Notes: generated by a model from the letters alone, not told the origin. DNA of 64,000 bases from Octopus vulgaris (GCA_951406725.2 OX597820.1:126852001-126916000); one strand, 5' to 3'. Counted from the stretch's first letter, positions 41,100 through 54,261 are shown. A program made the numbers and translations.

Positions 41100-42368
41100 T
41101 ATATGTGTGTGTGTATGTATGGATGCATGTATGTATGTGTGTGTGTTTGTGTGTTTGTGTTTGTCCCCCACCATTGCTTGACAACCGATGCTAGTGTGTT
41201 TACATCCCCGTAACTTAACAGCTCAGCGCAAAAGAGAACGACAGAATAAGTACTAGGCTTACAAAGAATAAGTCCTGGGGTCGATTTGTTTGACTAAAAG
41301 CAGTGCTCCAGCATGGCCACAGTCAAATGACTGAAACAAATAAAAGAATATATTATTATCATGGTTGGAAATTCAGCCTGTATGGCTAGACTGTATCAAA
41401 AAGGATTGTTGGGAACTTTTTATACTAATCAGTATTCACTTCTCTATGTTACAAAATTTTTAATGCAAATTCAATCAAAGTCAGTTACAGTTGTATGTGA
41501 ATCATAAGATTACAACTTGCTTATAACAACAACAAAAATCTACAAATACCTAGCAATTCAAAACTATGGTAGAAAATACTTGCCTAAGAAGCCGTTTAAT
41601 AGATATTTGGTAACTTCAGCCTGTGAACAGAATATAGAAAATATTCAAATTTTTTCTAAACTTCAGTATCAAAATTTCAATGATGGAACGTAGCTTCATT
41701 ATTAAAACTAATTCATTCTTTACAGGGTGAATTTGAAAAGTTTAAAAAAATAAAAGACGGATCAGGAAGACAAATATATATTTCATAAACGTGCATTTAT
41801 AAATTCAAGCGTACTTTTAGGCAGATAAGTATTCATAACTACCAACATATGCAAATATGTGGAAACATTATTTCTACTGATAATACTTAATGCAAATACA
41901 CAGAGAAGAACTTTAGTGGAAGAATTTTATCCAAATATTTTATCTTACTGTAAGAAATGAGAGAGAGAGAGAGAGAGGGAGAGTAGAAAAGGAAAGAAAG
42001 AGAAGTAGAGAGACTAGATACATATGAACATGTATGTGTGTATGTGAGTGTGTTTGTGTGTGTGTGCATGTGTATGTGTGTATGTGTGTATGTGTGTGGG
42101 TGTGTGTGAGTGTGATGGAGAGAAAGAAAGAAAAGAGGCAGAATGAAGAATAGCATAATAATATGGTCGCACTTTGTCTTCAACATTGTTGAGAAATGGT
42201 TTCTATTTTGGGGCTGGCTGGGCAGAGGGGGGGGGTGGGGGGTGGACAAAACTTCATTATTGCCGTCATTGCGACAAACCACCACCAACACCACTAATAA
42301 TGACACCACAACCACTACTACCACTGTTACTGTCATTGCCACTTCTACTACTATTGTTGTTGCTACTA

Positions 42369-42785
42369 CAGATCTTTTCGGTTTGAACGGCAGTTTTTTC
42401 TGGCGGTGTCATATGAAATTGTCACCCATAATTATGACCCTAGAATCAATCTATTGCATTTCAATCTCTTTTAGGGTTAGGGCTAGGGGTTAGGGGAAGG
42501 GTATCTCTTTTTCTTCACAAATGTAAATAAACCCAATCTGTTTCTTAAACGAGGAACATATTCATACGGTGCAGAATGTTTTTACCTCAATGGACGTCAC
42601 TGATTGGTTGAAATTGCAGAAATTGAAGAAAAAAACAACAAATATCTTACAAACTATAGAATTTTCTCAATAAAGTCAAGAGAAAAAGATGTTTTATAAA
42701 CACATTCTACCAGTATACGAAGTTTAAAATTTTTTAGTTACCTAGAAATTATGTTAAAAACTGCTGTTCAAACCGAAAAGATCCG
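42369..42785. mobile_element. MITE with ~30-bp TIRs, apparent CTA target duplication and internal telomere-like repeats
   Basis: C(A)GATCTTTTCGGTTTGAACGGCAGTTTTT ... AAAAACTGCTGTTCAAACCGAAAAGATCCG; TTAGGGTTAGGGCTAGGGGTTAGGGG at ~42471-42496. Confidence 0.85.
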
Positions 42786-44343
42786 CTACTACTGCGCCCC
42801 CTTAATTAGCACCAAAGTACCACCATCAAGACTACTTTCACTACAACCACCACCACCACCACCACCCTTACTATCATCACCTCTCTCACCTCAACCACCA
42901 ACACCACCACCCCTGCCAATACTAATACCAACACTACCACCATCAAAACCACTTTCCCCACCACAACCACCACCAATGGCAACAACAAAAGCACAGCCTC
43001 AATCACCCTCCCACCCACTGCTACCTATATCAAAGGTGTTGTTGCCACCATCAAAACCACCACCACCACCACCACCACTACAGATAATGCAACCTCAATG
43101 AAACAACTTCTACTTAGTATTTTAAACTGCTAGAAATAGCAGCCGAATCTCCTTTGCATCTCACCTTGCCATCTTGGAATGGAAGGATACTAGGGGTAAT
43201 GTGACCATTGGTGTACTGTGGTGCACTGTGCCTGGGAAAAAACAGGATGGTCATGATTAGAACGTCTTTGGCTACGGGTCTACTCTAAGCAACAACACAA
43301 GCACATTGATGGCAGGCATGGGTGTGTGGTAAGAAGTTTGCTATGCAACTGCATGTTTACAGGTTCAATCCCAGTTTGTAACATTTTGGTTAAGTGCCCT
43401 CTGCCAGAGACTTAGACTGACCAAAAGTCTTGATAGAGAGAGAAACTATGTGCAAGACCATTGTAGAGACCATACCATTTGTTGGATGGTAAACATACAC
43501 CTTCAGCTGATTTAACACTACCACTTGTGGTCTAGTGGTCAAGGTGGTTAGACTCATGATCATAAGGTCATGTGTTCAATTCTCATATAAGGCTGTACGT
43601 TGTATCTTTGAGCAAGGCAACATCATCATCACCACCATCACCATCACCAGCACCATCATACCATCATGCTATCTCCACCACTAAACACACCATCAACACC
43701 ACATCAACCACCAGCACCACCACCACTTCTACAATCATAGCATCATCATACTATCACCATCACTAAACTCACCATTATCATCACTACAAACATCACATGA
43801 CCACCATTATCATGTCACTATTATCACCATCACCATCACCAGCACCAAAATAATGATGGCCATTGCAGAACACATCAAACCCCACCGAAAACTACCACCA
43901 CCTCCACCACCAACACCATCAGAGCCACCACCTCTGCAACTGCTGTCACCATCATTACATCCATCTCCACTACAACCACCAACACCAACACCATTATAGA
44001 AACCATAAAATGCCTAGGATCTAGATTAAGTGTGAGAAGATAAAAATGTCTTTTGATCAAGAAATGTGTAGGAATTATATTGGGACTCCACAGGAATAAA
44101 ACCCTTCATGTTGCATGGTGTTTTTTTTTTTTGTTTGGAGGGAGGGATGATATTTTTTGCATTTCTAAGAAGAGATATATGAATGTTTACATGTATGTTT
44201 GAATGTAGAGCTATAATGTGTTCATATAAGTCTTTATATGCACAATGTGCATTTGATTGTAGTGTGAATGCATAATTTCAATGACTAACTAACCAGTCAT
44301 ATGTATAAACAAATTTTAATACAAGAAGATGGATTGAACAGAT

Positions 44344-44381
<38 letters not shown>

Positions 44382-44536
44382 TTATTTGAGGGAATATTAT
44401 TCCTAACTAACAGGGAAAAATTCAATTTAAAAATACTAAATCAAATTACACAAAATATAATATATATATAAAAATTAGAAAAAACCACCTTTTATCAATT
44501 CAAAATGATCAATAAATTACACCATCCAGAAAATTA

Positions 44537-44916
44537 CATATAATAGAAATATTAAAAATAAAATAATAATAATATGCCGATGATTAAGTAAATTGCAAAA
44601 TAATAATAAAAACATATATATATATATATAATTATAATTTAGGGTATCTAAGAAATACCACCACGCTGGAAATAACAGCCAAAACTTGGCTTTAAAACCA
44701 TACTAAATTGTTCATACAGCACTAGGAGAGAAGACAAAGAGATAAAATAAACTAGCAAAAAAAATTACTGGATAATTCCAGATCCTATTTCTGGCTCTGC
44801 ATAAGAAATACCTTCATCAGTGAATACTCTCACTCAGGCTTTTTACTAATGCTGGCCACCAAGATCGGTATTTAAATAACGATCTTATCCTTATTTATAT
44901 ATAAATAAATAAATAA

Positions 44917-44947
<31 letters not shown>

Positions 44948-45340
44948 CATATAATAGAAATATTAAAAATAAAATAATAATAATATGCCGATGATTAAGT
45001 AAATTGCAAAATAATAATAAAAACATATATATATATATATAATTATAATTTAGGGTATCTAAGAAATACCACCACGCTGGAAATAACAGCCAAAACTTGG
45101 CTTTAAAACCATACTAAATTGTTCATACAGCACTAGGAGAGAAGACAAAGAGACAAAATAAACTAGCAAAAAAAAATTACTGGATAATTCCAGATCCTGG
45201 ATTTCTGGCTCTGCATAAGAAATGCTCTACCTTCATCAGTGGAATATACTCAGGCTTTTTACTACCATGCTGGCCACCTGATAAGATCGGTATTTAAATA
45301 ACGATCTTATCCTTATTTATATATAAATAAATAAATGAAT
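44537..45340. repeat. Tandem direct duplication (~411-bp period) of a (TA)n-associated pLTR-like unit
   Basis: Units start CATATAATAGAAATATTAAAAATAAAATAATAATAATATGCCGATG at 44537 and 44948. Confidence 0.9.
45187..45245 (-). ncRNA. Minimal type I hammerhead ribozyme, intact core; damaged tandem copy at 44775-44825 (-)
   Basis: Minus strand ATTCCA-CTGATGA-A GGT AGA GCAT TTCTT ATGC AGA GCC A-GAAA-TCC A GGA-TC-TGGAAT: perfect 6-bp stem I, palindromic stem III, AUC cleavage triplet. Confidence 0.8.
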
Positions 45341-45375
45341 ATATATGCATATATATATATATATGTATATATATG

Positions 45376-45420
<45 letters not shown>

Positions 45421-46173
45421 TTGTGTGTGTATACATATAGATTTCATGTTGAGTTACATAGGAAAATAATTTAATATTAACCCTTAAGCATTTGGGCATG
45501 TATATATGCATGTGTGAGTGTGTGAGAAATTGAGACCATGGGGCAACTCTAGTTATCACAATAGCCTTTCTATAATGCCTGTGAAACATCAGGTAGCTAC
45601 TATTCCTACCCTTAACTCTTTCACATTCAAATTCCTTTGTCAAGTGTAATGCTTATTTATTCGTGTTGTTTTAAAACTATCACTTATCATCTTGTAGCTT
45701 TGAGATTTCAGTGATGCAATAGTTTTATATTTAGAATGGCATTGTAGGATAGGTGTGAGAGGCCTGATTTAGTCAGATTGAATGTAAAACAGGTAGAATA
45801 TTTTGGACCGGATATGGCCAGTTAAAATGCTAAAGAGATAAATGCTTATTCATTCACAATGTTTTGAGTTAACCATATTAACATGCATGTGTGTGTGAGT
45901 GTGTGTGTGAGTGTGTGTGTGTATGTACACAGTACACTGTAAATTGGTTGATGTTAGGAAGAGCATCCAGCGATAGAAACCTTGCCAAAGCAGATGTTGG
46001 AACACATTGCACTCTTCTAATTCATTGGTTCCTGTTCAACCAGTCAGCATGGAAAACAGACTTTAAATGATGATCATGATTAATGATGATTGATGATTGA
46101 TGATGATGATAATGATGATGATGATGATATATGTATATGTACATATACATAGATAGATAGATGCATTGCTCTC

Positions 46174-46220
<47 letters not shown>

Positions 46221-46804
46221 ATCTTGATCTTTGTCTGTACAAGTTTCTCACTCACATCTTCTCCACACACACTCCATTCCTTTACAAACTCTTTCAGAGT
46301 TGTTTTAGCAAATTCAGCCTAAAATCCAGAAAGAAATAATCAAAAAAAGAAAAGAAAAGAAAAGAAAAAGATAACAGTAAAACAGAGAAATGAGGTGAAG
46401 AAGGAGGGTTTAATAATCTCCATTCTCAACATTAATTTTATCTCCAAACTCCAAGTAAAATGCTACAGAACTTGATGCAAAATCCACTGACCCAAACATG
46501 TAAATTAATGAACCAGCTGAAAAAGTGGCCATCTTGCCAGAAACCAACCAATGAGAAACGATCTCGTTAGGCTGTTTTCTTAGGCTAATGCATTTTTCTG
46601 TTTGTCTATCTGTCTGTTTGTCTTTGATAGTCAATCAGTGTTGGCTGAAGTTTCCTACACGAATCACATCTATTGTCTCTTCTTAGTTTGTTTCTCGTAT
46701 CAGTGATTAAATGATAATCCACTCATTGTATAACTATCACATGTGTGTGTGTGTGCATATATGTATATGTTGGCATGTCATGAAATGTCATACAAATACG
46801 TATC

Positions 46805-46852
<48 letters not shown>

Positions 46853-46896
46853 GATATGTATGTGTATGTATGTGATTTTATATATATATATATATA

Positions 46897-47286
46897 TATA
46901 TAAGAAAATAGTAAAGTGTGAAAAAACGACAGAAGGCTTAAATGTTAAAAGATATATATATTTGTGTCAAAATGTCTGGAGAATATTGGAAAAAATTTTT
47001 TTTTTTTTTTCCTTTCCTTAAAATGACATAATTTTTAAATTTTTAAAGAAATTACCGGTTTCGCGTGTAGCTTTTCAAATTTCTTGTGACGTCACAAGAA
47101 ATTTGAAAAGCTACACGCGAAACCGGTAATTTCTTTAAAAATTTAAAAATTATGTCATTTTAAGGAAAGGAAAAAAAAAAAAAAAAAATTTTTCCAATAT
47201 TCTCCAGACATTTTGACACAAATATATATATCTTTTAACATTTAAGCCTTCTGTCGTTTTTTCACACTTTACTATTTTCTTATATA
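46897..47286. repeat. Spacerless palindrome (~195-bp arms, centre 47090/47091) between (TA)n tracts
   Basis: ...TTCTTGTGAC|GTCACAAGAA...; the arms appear to differ only in homopolymer length. Confidence 0.92.
47096..47135 (+). ncRNA. 40-nt minimal hammerhead with U3-A8 covariant core; mirror at 47046-47085 (-)
   Basis: AAGAAAT-TTGAAAA-GC TACAC GC-GAAA-CCGG-TA-ATTTCTT: perfect 7-bp stem I, 2-bp stem II, loopless palindromic stem III (ACCGGU), GUA cleavage site. Confidence 0.72.
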
Positions 47287-47345
47287 TTCACCCACGTGCT
47301 TTACCAAACAAACTTTCTTATCTATATATATATATATATATATAT

Positions 47346-47390
47346 ACTAGCAGAGATACCCGGTGTTGCTCAGGATTTAAATTGCATAAT
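47346..47390 (-). mobile_element. Helitron-like 3' terminus
   Basis: Minus strand CCTGAGCAACACCGGG-TATCTCTG-CTAG|T: imperfect subterminal hairpin, then CTAG before T. Confidence 0.5.
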
Positions 47391-47819
47391 TTTTATTGTT
47401 TTACTTGTTTTGGTCATGTGAACCACAGACATGTGGGAACAATGCCTTTAGTCACAGAAATCAACTACGGATTCATTCTTTGTAAGCCTAGTACTTATTC
47501 TGTGTGGAATGTTTTGCCAAACGGCTAAGTTACAGGGACATAAACACTGCAACATTGGTTCTCAAGCGATGGTGGGGGTACAAACTCAGACACACACACA
47601 AACTCACACACACACATATATATATATATATATACATATATATACATACATATATATACATATGTATACATATATTAAAATTATAATTAAGGGTATCTGA
47701 GAGATACCACCATGCTAGATATAATTATAATTTTACTAATAATTATTACCTATGAGGTTTTTATTCCTATGCTAGCCACCTTATATGATCGGTATTTTAA
47801 ATAACAAACTTAAACTTAT

Positions 47820-47939
47820 TTATATATGTATGCATATATATATACATGCATATATATATACATGCATATATATATACATGCATATATATATATATATATA
47901 TATACATACATATATATACATATATATATACATATATAT

Positions 47940-47990
<51 letters not shown>

Positions 47991-48135
47991 GAGCATATAC
48001 ATATGTATATATATATATAGATATAGGTATATGTGTACATATATATATACATATATATATATATATACATGTATATATATATATACATATATGTATATAT
48101 ATATACATATATATATATGCATGTATATATATATG

Positions 48136-48179
<44 letters not shown>

Positions 48180-48221
48180 CACACACACACATATGTATAC
48201 ATGTATATAAATATATACATG

Positions 48222-48257
<36 letters not shown>

Positions 48258-48280
48258 CATACATACATACATATACTTAT

Positions 48281-48320
<40 letters not shown>
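47820..48320. repeat. TA-rich compound microsatellite
   Basis: Directly visible; similar tracts at ~38925-39335 and ~53910-54545. Confidence 0.95.
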
Positions 48321-48323
<3 letters not shown>

Positions 48324-48540
48324 AAGAATAAGGATAAGATCGTTAATTTAACTATCAATCTTATCAAGTGGCCAGCATGGGAATAAAAACCTTCAAAGGT
48401 AATAATTGTTATTAAAATTATAATTTAGGGTATCTAAGAGATACCTCCACGCTGGAAATAGCAGCCAAAACTTAACTCCAAAACCATCTCAAATGTGGTT
48501 GTGATGCAAGCTTCTTATCATACAGCAATTCCTAGGCATG

Positions 48541-48576
<36 letters not shown>

Positions 48577-48829
48577 TATATATATATACATATGCACCAT
48601 AAAGTGGTGAGCTGGCAGGAATGTTAGCATGCCGGGTGAAATGCTTAGTGATATTTCATCTCCCAGTACGTTCTGAGTTCAAGTTCTGCCGAGCTCGACT
48701 TTGCCTTTCATCCATCCGGGGTCGATAACTTAAGTACCAGTTACGCACTGGGTTCAATATAATCGACTTAAACCCTTTGTCTGTCCTTGTTTGTCCCCTC
48801 TATGTTTAGCCCCTTGTGGGCAATAAAGA

Positions 48830-48923
<94 letters not shown>

Positions 48924-49490
48924 TCATTACTTGTTTCATTAGTTACAGTGCTAGAGTTATGGTCATACTGGAACATGTGTATGTGTGTGCATGCATATAT
49001 GTGTGTGGGTACATGTACATAATATTTTTGTTGACAGGGACTTTGAAGTTCTGCCAACTATGCAACTTATTTAACAGCATCATCAAGCTACATACTTGGC
49101 AAAATTTCCAAGTCAATGTCAACGAGATTATAATAAATATTAGACTATACACCTGTATTGAGTTCTTTTGTAGTCAATGTCTGTTGTGTTTATCTGGGGA
49201 AAAAACGCATACATCTTGAACTCTGTGTGTTTGTATGTGAGTGCATGTGTGTGTGTGTATATGTGTGTGTGTGCCTGTATGTGTGAGTGTATGCATGTGT
49301 GGCTTTTCTTTATTTTATAACCACTATTAATTTATATGAAGGCAAATATAAGAATGATTAAAATATGGATTTGTATGTTTCTTACTATGCATCCTGGTTT
49401 ATAATTGAAACGTGATCGAAGTATGTGTGTATATATGTACATATGTACATACATATATGTGTGTATGTGTGTATGTACATATGTATATAC

Positions 49491-49528
<38 letters not shown>

Positions 49529-49709
49529 ATATATACACAAACACACATACATGCATTCTTTTATTCTTGTATTTGCTTCAGTCATTTGACTGTGGCCATA
49601 CTGGGGCACCAGGACTTATTTTATCAGCCCCTTTTGCTGAACTGCAAAATTATAGGGATGTAAACACACCAACATCTGTTGTCAACCGGTGATGGTGGAA
49701 TAAATACAG

Positions 49710-49774
<65 letters not shown>

Positions 49775-49981
49775 CATACACACAGATATACGAAGGATTT
49801 CCACTCACAAGGCTTTGGTTGGTCTGAAGCTATAGAAGATGGCACTTGCCCAAGGAGCCACACAGTGGAACTAGACCTAGACTCATGTGGTCATGAAGTA
49901 AGCTTCTTACCACACAGCCATACCTGTACCTATATACATACACATATATACACATACATTCATATGCATATATATGTATGT

Positions 49982-50021
<40 letters not shown>

Positions 50022-50045
50022 ACACATGTGTATATTACATATATA

Positions 50046-50697
50046 TGAGATGCTGTTTGGGTTTGTGCCAGGGAAAAGCACCATTGATGCTATATTTCTG
50101 GTAAGACAGCTGCAGGAGAAATACCTAGCCAAAAATAAACCTCTGTACCTGGCTTTCATTGACACGGAGAAAGCCTTTGACAGGGACACCTGATTCCTTA
50201 TCTGGTAGTCAATGAGGAAACTAGGGATAGATGAATGGTTTGTGAGAGCTGTGCAAGCCATGAACAGGGATGCTGTCAGTAAGGTGAGGGTTGGTAACAA
50301 GTACAGTGAAGAATTCTGAGTAGGGGTAGAGGTCCACCAAGGATCTGTCCTCAGCCCCCTATTATTCATCATAGTCCTCCAAGTAATAACAGACGAATTG
50401 AAAAGGGGATGCCCCTGGGAGCTCCTTTATGCTGATGACTTTGTTCTAATTGCTGAGTTACTATCAGAACTAGAGGAGAAGTTTCAGCTGAGAAAGCAAA
50501 GATTAGAATCGAAGGGCCTTAGAGTCAACCTAGCAAAAACCAAAGTCTTAATAAGTAGGCAGGAAAATAAACCACAAATGCCTTCAAGTAGATGGCCCTG
50601 CTCAATTTGTAGAAAAGGCATAGGTAGAAATTCCATATGATGCACCCAGTGTAAGGTATGGACGCATAAGAGATGCCACAATATCAGAGGAAGGCTG
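50046..50697 (+). pseudogene. RTE-clade reverse transcriptase core fragment
   Basis: FGFVPGKSTIDAIFLVRQLQEKYLAKNKPLYLAFIDTEKAFDR...VHQGSVLSPLLF...LLYADD...GLRVNLAKTK...WPCSICRKG, with in-frame stops. Confidence 0.92.
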
Positions 50698-50838
50698 CTT
50701 ACATCAATACATATATATATATATATATATATTGTTGTATTTCGGAATGGTCATTTTGCCAGTTTAGCCAGTAAAAATACCCGCACTATATATTTGGTGT
50801 TACTTTGCTTCAGCGTTATTTATTTTTTACATTAATCT

Positions 50839-50888
50839 TAACCGTATTTCGGCCAGAGTTCTTTTGTCACACTCCTCATCAGTGGTCA
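50839..50888 (-). ncRNA. Hammerhead ribozyme candidate (intact core, damaged stem III) in a (TA)n-flanked repeat
   Basis: Minus strand TGACCA-CTGATGA-GGAGT...ACTCTGGCC-GAAA-TA-CGGTTA; stem I pairs 5/6. Confidence 0.5.
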
Positions 50889-51639
50889 TCTGCTTTCTTC
50901 TTTCTTATTTGTGTGTCTCTCCTTACTAACAGTCAGCCATTTTGTATTTTGTATTCCTATTGTATGCATCTTCATTTGCATATGCATATACCTCTATGTG
51001 TGTCTATGTTTAGTTAGTGTGTGTGTGTGTGTGGTGAAGTGCCTGTAATACTTGTATCTTCTGTTTATATACGTTCGTGTAATTTGTTTTTGTTTTTGTT
51101 TATTTTTATTTTGTTCATGTATTTTCAAATATAAACCAAGTAGAACTATACAAAAATAAGCATAATTTTCGGTCTTACTGTTAATTTTGTTTCATTTTGA
51201 AAAATAAATATTTATTTTATGGTTTATTATTGTTAATAATTTGAATTATATAAATATGGGGGAGCCAAAATTTTTTAAGTGCTTAGGGCCTCAATGGATC
51301 TTAATCCAGCCTTGAATGTACAGCAGCTTTTAGTAAGTCATACAAATGTTACATGTAAGTAAAGTGACATTTAACTTTTTAGCATTTAATCCAGCTATAT
51401 CCAGCCCAAATCCTCTCCCTGTTTCTGTTCAAACTAGTCAAATCCAGCTTCTTACACCTACCCTACAATATCCTTCCTAAAGTAAAGAGGCACATCATGA
51501 AAATCTCACAGCTATGATATAATTAATGCATGACTAATTTAAATCAATGTGAATACATAAGCATCATATTTGACAGAGTAATCTGAATGCTAAAGAGCTA
51601 AACATCATTTTACACATGTGAGCCTCTATGGTAAACATA

Positions 51640-52940
51640 TAAGCATGTTCAATTTACCCATTACTCTGTAGATTGGATAAATTATAAGCAGTCTTATTTG
51701 CATACTATAAGTGATAAACACTGTATATGTTATCAGAGCCTGTTAATAAGGAAGCCTTATTCGCACAGTATCAAGGTAGGATATAATATGTGTAAAACCT
51801 ATCTAGTAGACATACAAATATGGTAAATTTACAAATTTCTCTGTAGGCTGAAAAAAATTGACAGTGTCGCTATGTGGTAAGAAGCTTGCTTTCCAACCAT
51901 GTGGTTCTAGGTTCAACCACGCTGTGTGGAGCCATGGGTGAGTGTTTTATACTATAGCCTTGCTTGGGCTGACCAATGCCTAGTGGGTGGATTCAGTAGA
52001 GGGAAACTGGAAGAAGCCTATTTATTTGTGAGTGTGTGCATGTGTGTGTGTGTGTGTCCCTCGCTACTTGACAACCGGTGTTGGTGTGTTTATGTCCCTG
52101 CGACTTAGCAGTTCCACAAAAGACACCAATAGAACAAGCACCAGCCTAAACAAAATATAAGTACTGGGGTCGATTCAGTCAACTAAAGATTCTTCAAGGG
52201 GGTACCCCAGCATGGCCGTAGTCTAATGACTGAAAGACGTAAAAGCTAAATAGCAACGTATTGGTGGAGCTCATCAGAAATCTCTACATCACTTGACTAA
52301 TTCTAGAGAAACGAGTCGCCAATCGATTTATATGCACATCAAATCAAGAAGCTCCACAGAATGGGAAGTGCTAATTTGCATGCTTTATTTGATATCATCA
52401 GCCTGTCAATAGTGAAGTCAGTCCAGACAGTATCAAGGTATGAGGAAATATATGTAGACATATGCAGTAGACTTACAAATATGTCAGATCTATCTTTTTC
52501 TCCATTCATTAAAAATAATGATGAACAGCCGAAATCAATTTTCTACCCTTGTTGAGTGGGTGGGGGTGGGGACTCGCATTGAAGTGTCTGCATCACTTGA
52601 TGAATTCTAGAGAAACTATTAGCCACTTGATTGATATACATATCAAATCTGGTAGCTCCAGAGAAATGGAATTACAAATTTGGCATAATGTAAGTGCTTA
52701 AAACTTTATTTAATATCAGAGATTTGCCAAAGGGGAAACTCAGCCCACAGACTATCGAGGTACGTTGCAAGTACAAACCTACCTGACAGGTACACAAATA
52801 TGGCAAATTTATCTATTTCCCCAAGGATTGAAAAAAGTGATGAACAACATTATTTGATTTTCAACAATTATTGAAGTCTTATCAGAGGTTTCGATATCAC
52901 TTGATCAATCCCAGAGAAGCAAGTGGCAAACGCCTAAAAG
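51640..52940 (+). pseudogene. Decayed ~300-bp tandem repeat with Ig V-set-like translation
   Basis: Three to four diverged units (anchor (C/T)ATCACTTGA at 52287, 52591, 52895). Translations QYQGRI...NMVNLQIS, QYQGM...NMSDLSFSPFIKNNDEQ and DYRGT...NMANLSISPRIEKSDEQHY. Confidence 0.4.
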
Positions 52941-53916
52941 ACTTTTACAGCTCAATCACAACACCTTTCAAAGAGGTACCTGAAGAATTTCTCATAATAA
53001 TAATAGCAAGAATTTTTGTTTTTCTTAAAAAAAAAATAGACACCTACTCTAACAATTGCATAATGCAATAAACTAATTAAATTTGCTATCTAAGACAAAA
53101 AATACATAAATAAATAAATAAACTTTAAAAAAAAAAAGAGAAAAGAAAATCTGAGTTTATTTCTGTTCACTCGCTTTTGTTTCTTCATTTGTTTCTCATT
53201 GATTTTCATTAAAAATATCTTCAAAGATACAGTCTCATTATTTTTAAATAGTATCATCCAGAATTTTCTTCTTTACTCTTTATAGCCGACTTGCAAAACA
53301 GAATTGGTTCACAAAGTACTTAGCTTCGATATTTCTTAAGCTGTCTGATAGTTGTTCATATTATTGATTTCTTATGTCATTGATGGAGTGTTAAAAACAG
53401 CAGAGTGCCAGACTCAAATATATTACATACAATGTATGAATTCCTTCTCTCAATATCCTGAGTTCAACCCCAGCCAGAGTCAGTTCTTCTTTCCACTTTT
53501 CATTCTTCGATGTCTAATAAAATCCTTTCTATTGCAGACACAAGTGAGCAGGAATTAGCCAATTCCATCAACTTCAGTGCTTCACTCACTTAATTTATCA
53601 ACCTCAAAATAATAAAAGGCAAAGTCAACTTCAGTGGAATTTGAACTCAGAACCTAGACAATTGAAATGTTGCAAACTATTTTGTCTGGTATGCTAATGA
53701 TTCTGTCAGCTCGCCACCTCCAGTGTCTAATAAAATAAGAACTAATTAGGCATTGTAGATAAATGCAATTAATGATATTTGTCTCAAAGAAAATTGTCGA
53801 CTTATGCAAATGTGAGCAGACAGTATTCTTTATTTAGTATGATTGATCAGAAAGCCAATTATTATGGCAGATCACAGGGCTAATCATTATGATTGATCAC
53901 AGAACCTTTTATATAC

Positions 53917-54033
<117 letters not shown>

Positions 54034-54230
54034 TATCATCATCATCATCATTTAACGTCCGTTTTCCATGCTAGCATGGGTTGATACATATCATCATCAT
54101 CATCATCATCATCGTTTAGCGTCCGTTTTCCGTGCCACCCGCACAGGTGCCAGACAGAGCTGGCAAACGGCCACGAACGGATGGTGCTTTTTATGTGCCA
54201 CCGGCACGAGGGCCAGGCGAGGCTACACAC

Positions 54231-54261
<31 letters not shown>

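Noticed and set aside
46410-46634. Minus ORF ending DFASSSVAFYLEFGDKINV, faintly C1q-like
   Set aside because: Short similarity only, with no acceptor site or other C1q strands; it may instead be unique non-coding DNA (contains GCCATCTT and CCAAT).
46797-46860. Short inverted flanks around a TA tract (TACGTATCTAAA...TTTAGATATGTA)
   Set aside because: Too short and low in complexity to call an element; TA tracts readily generate such symmetry.
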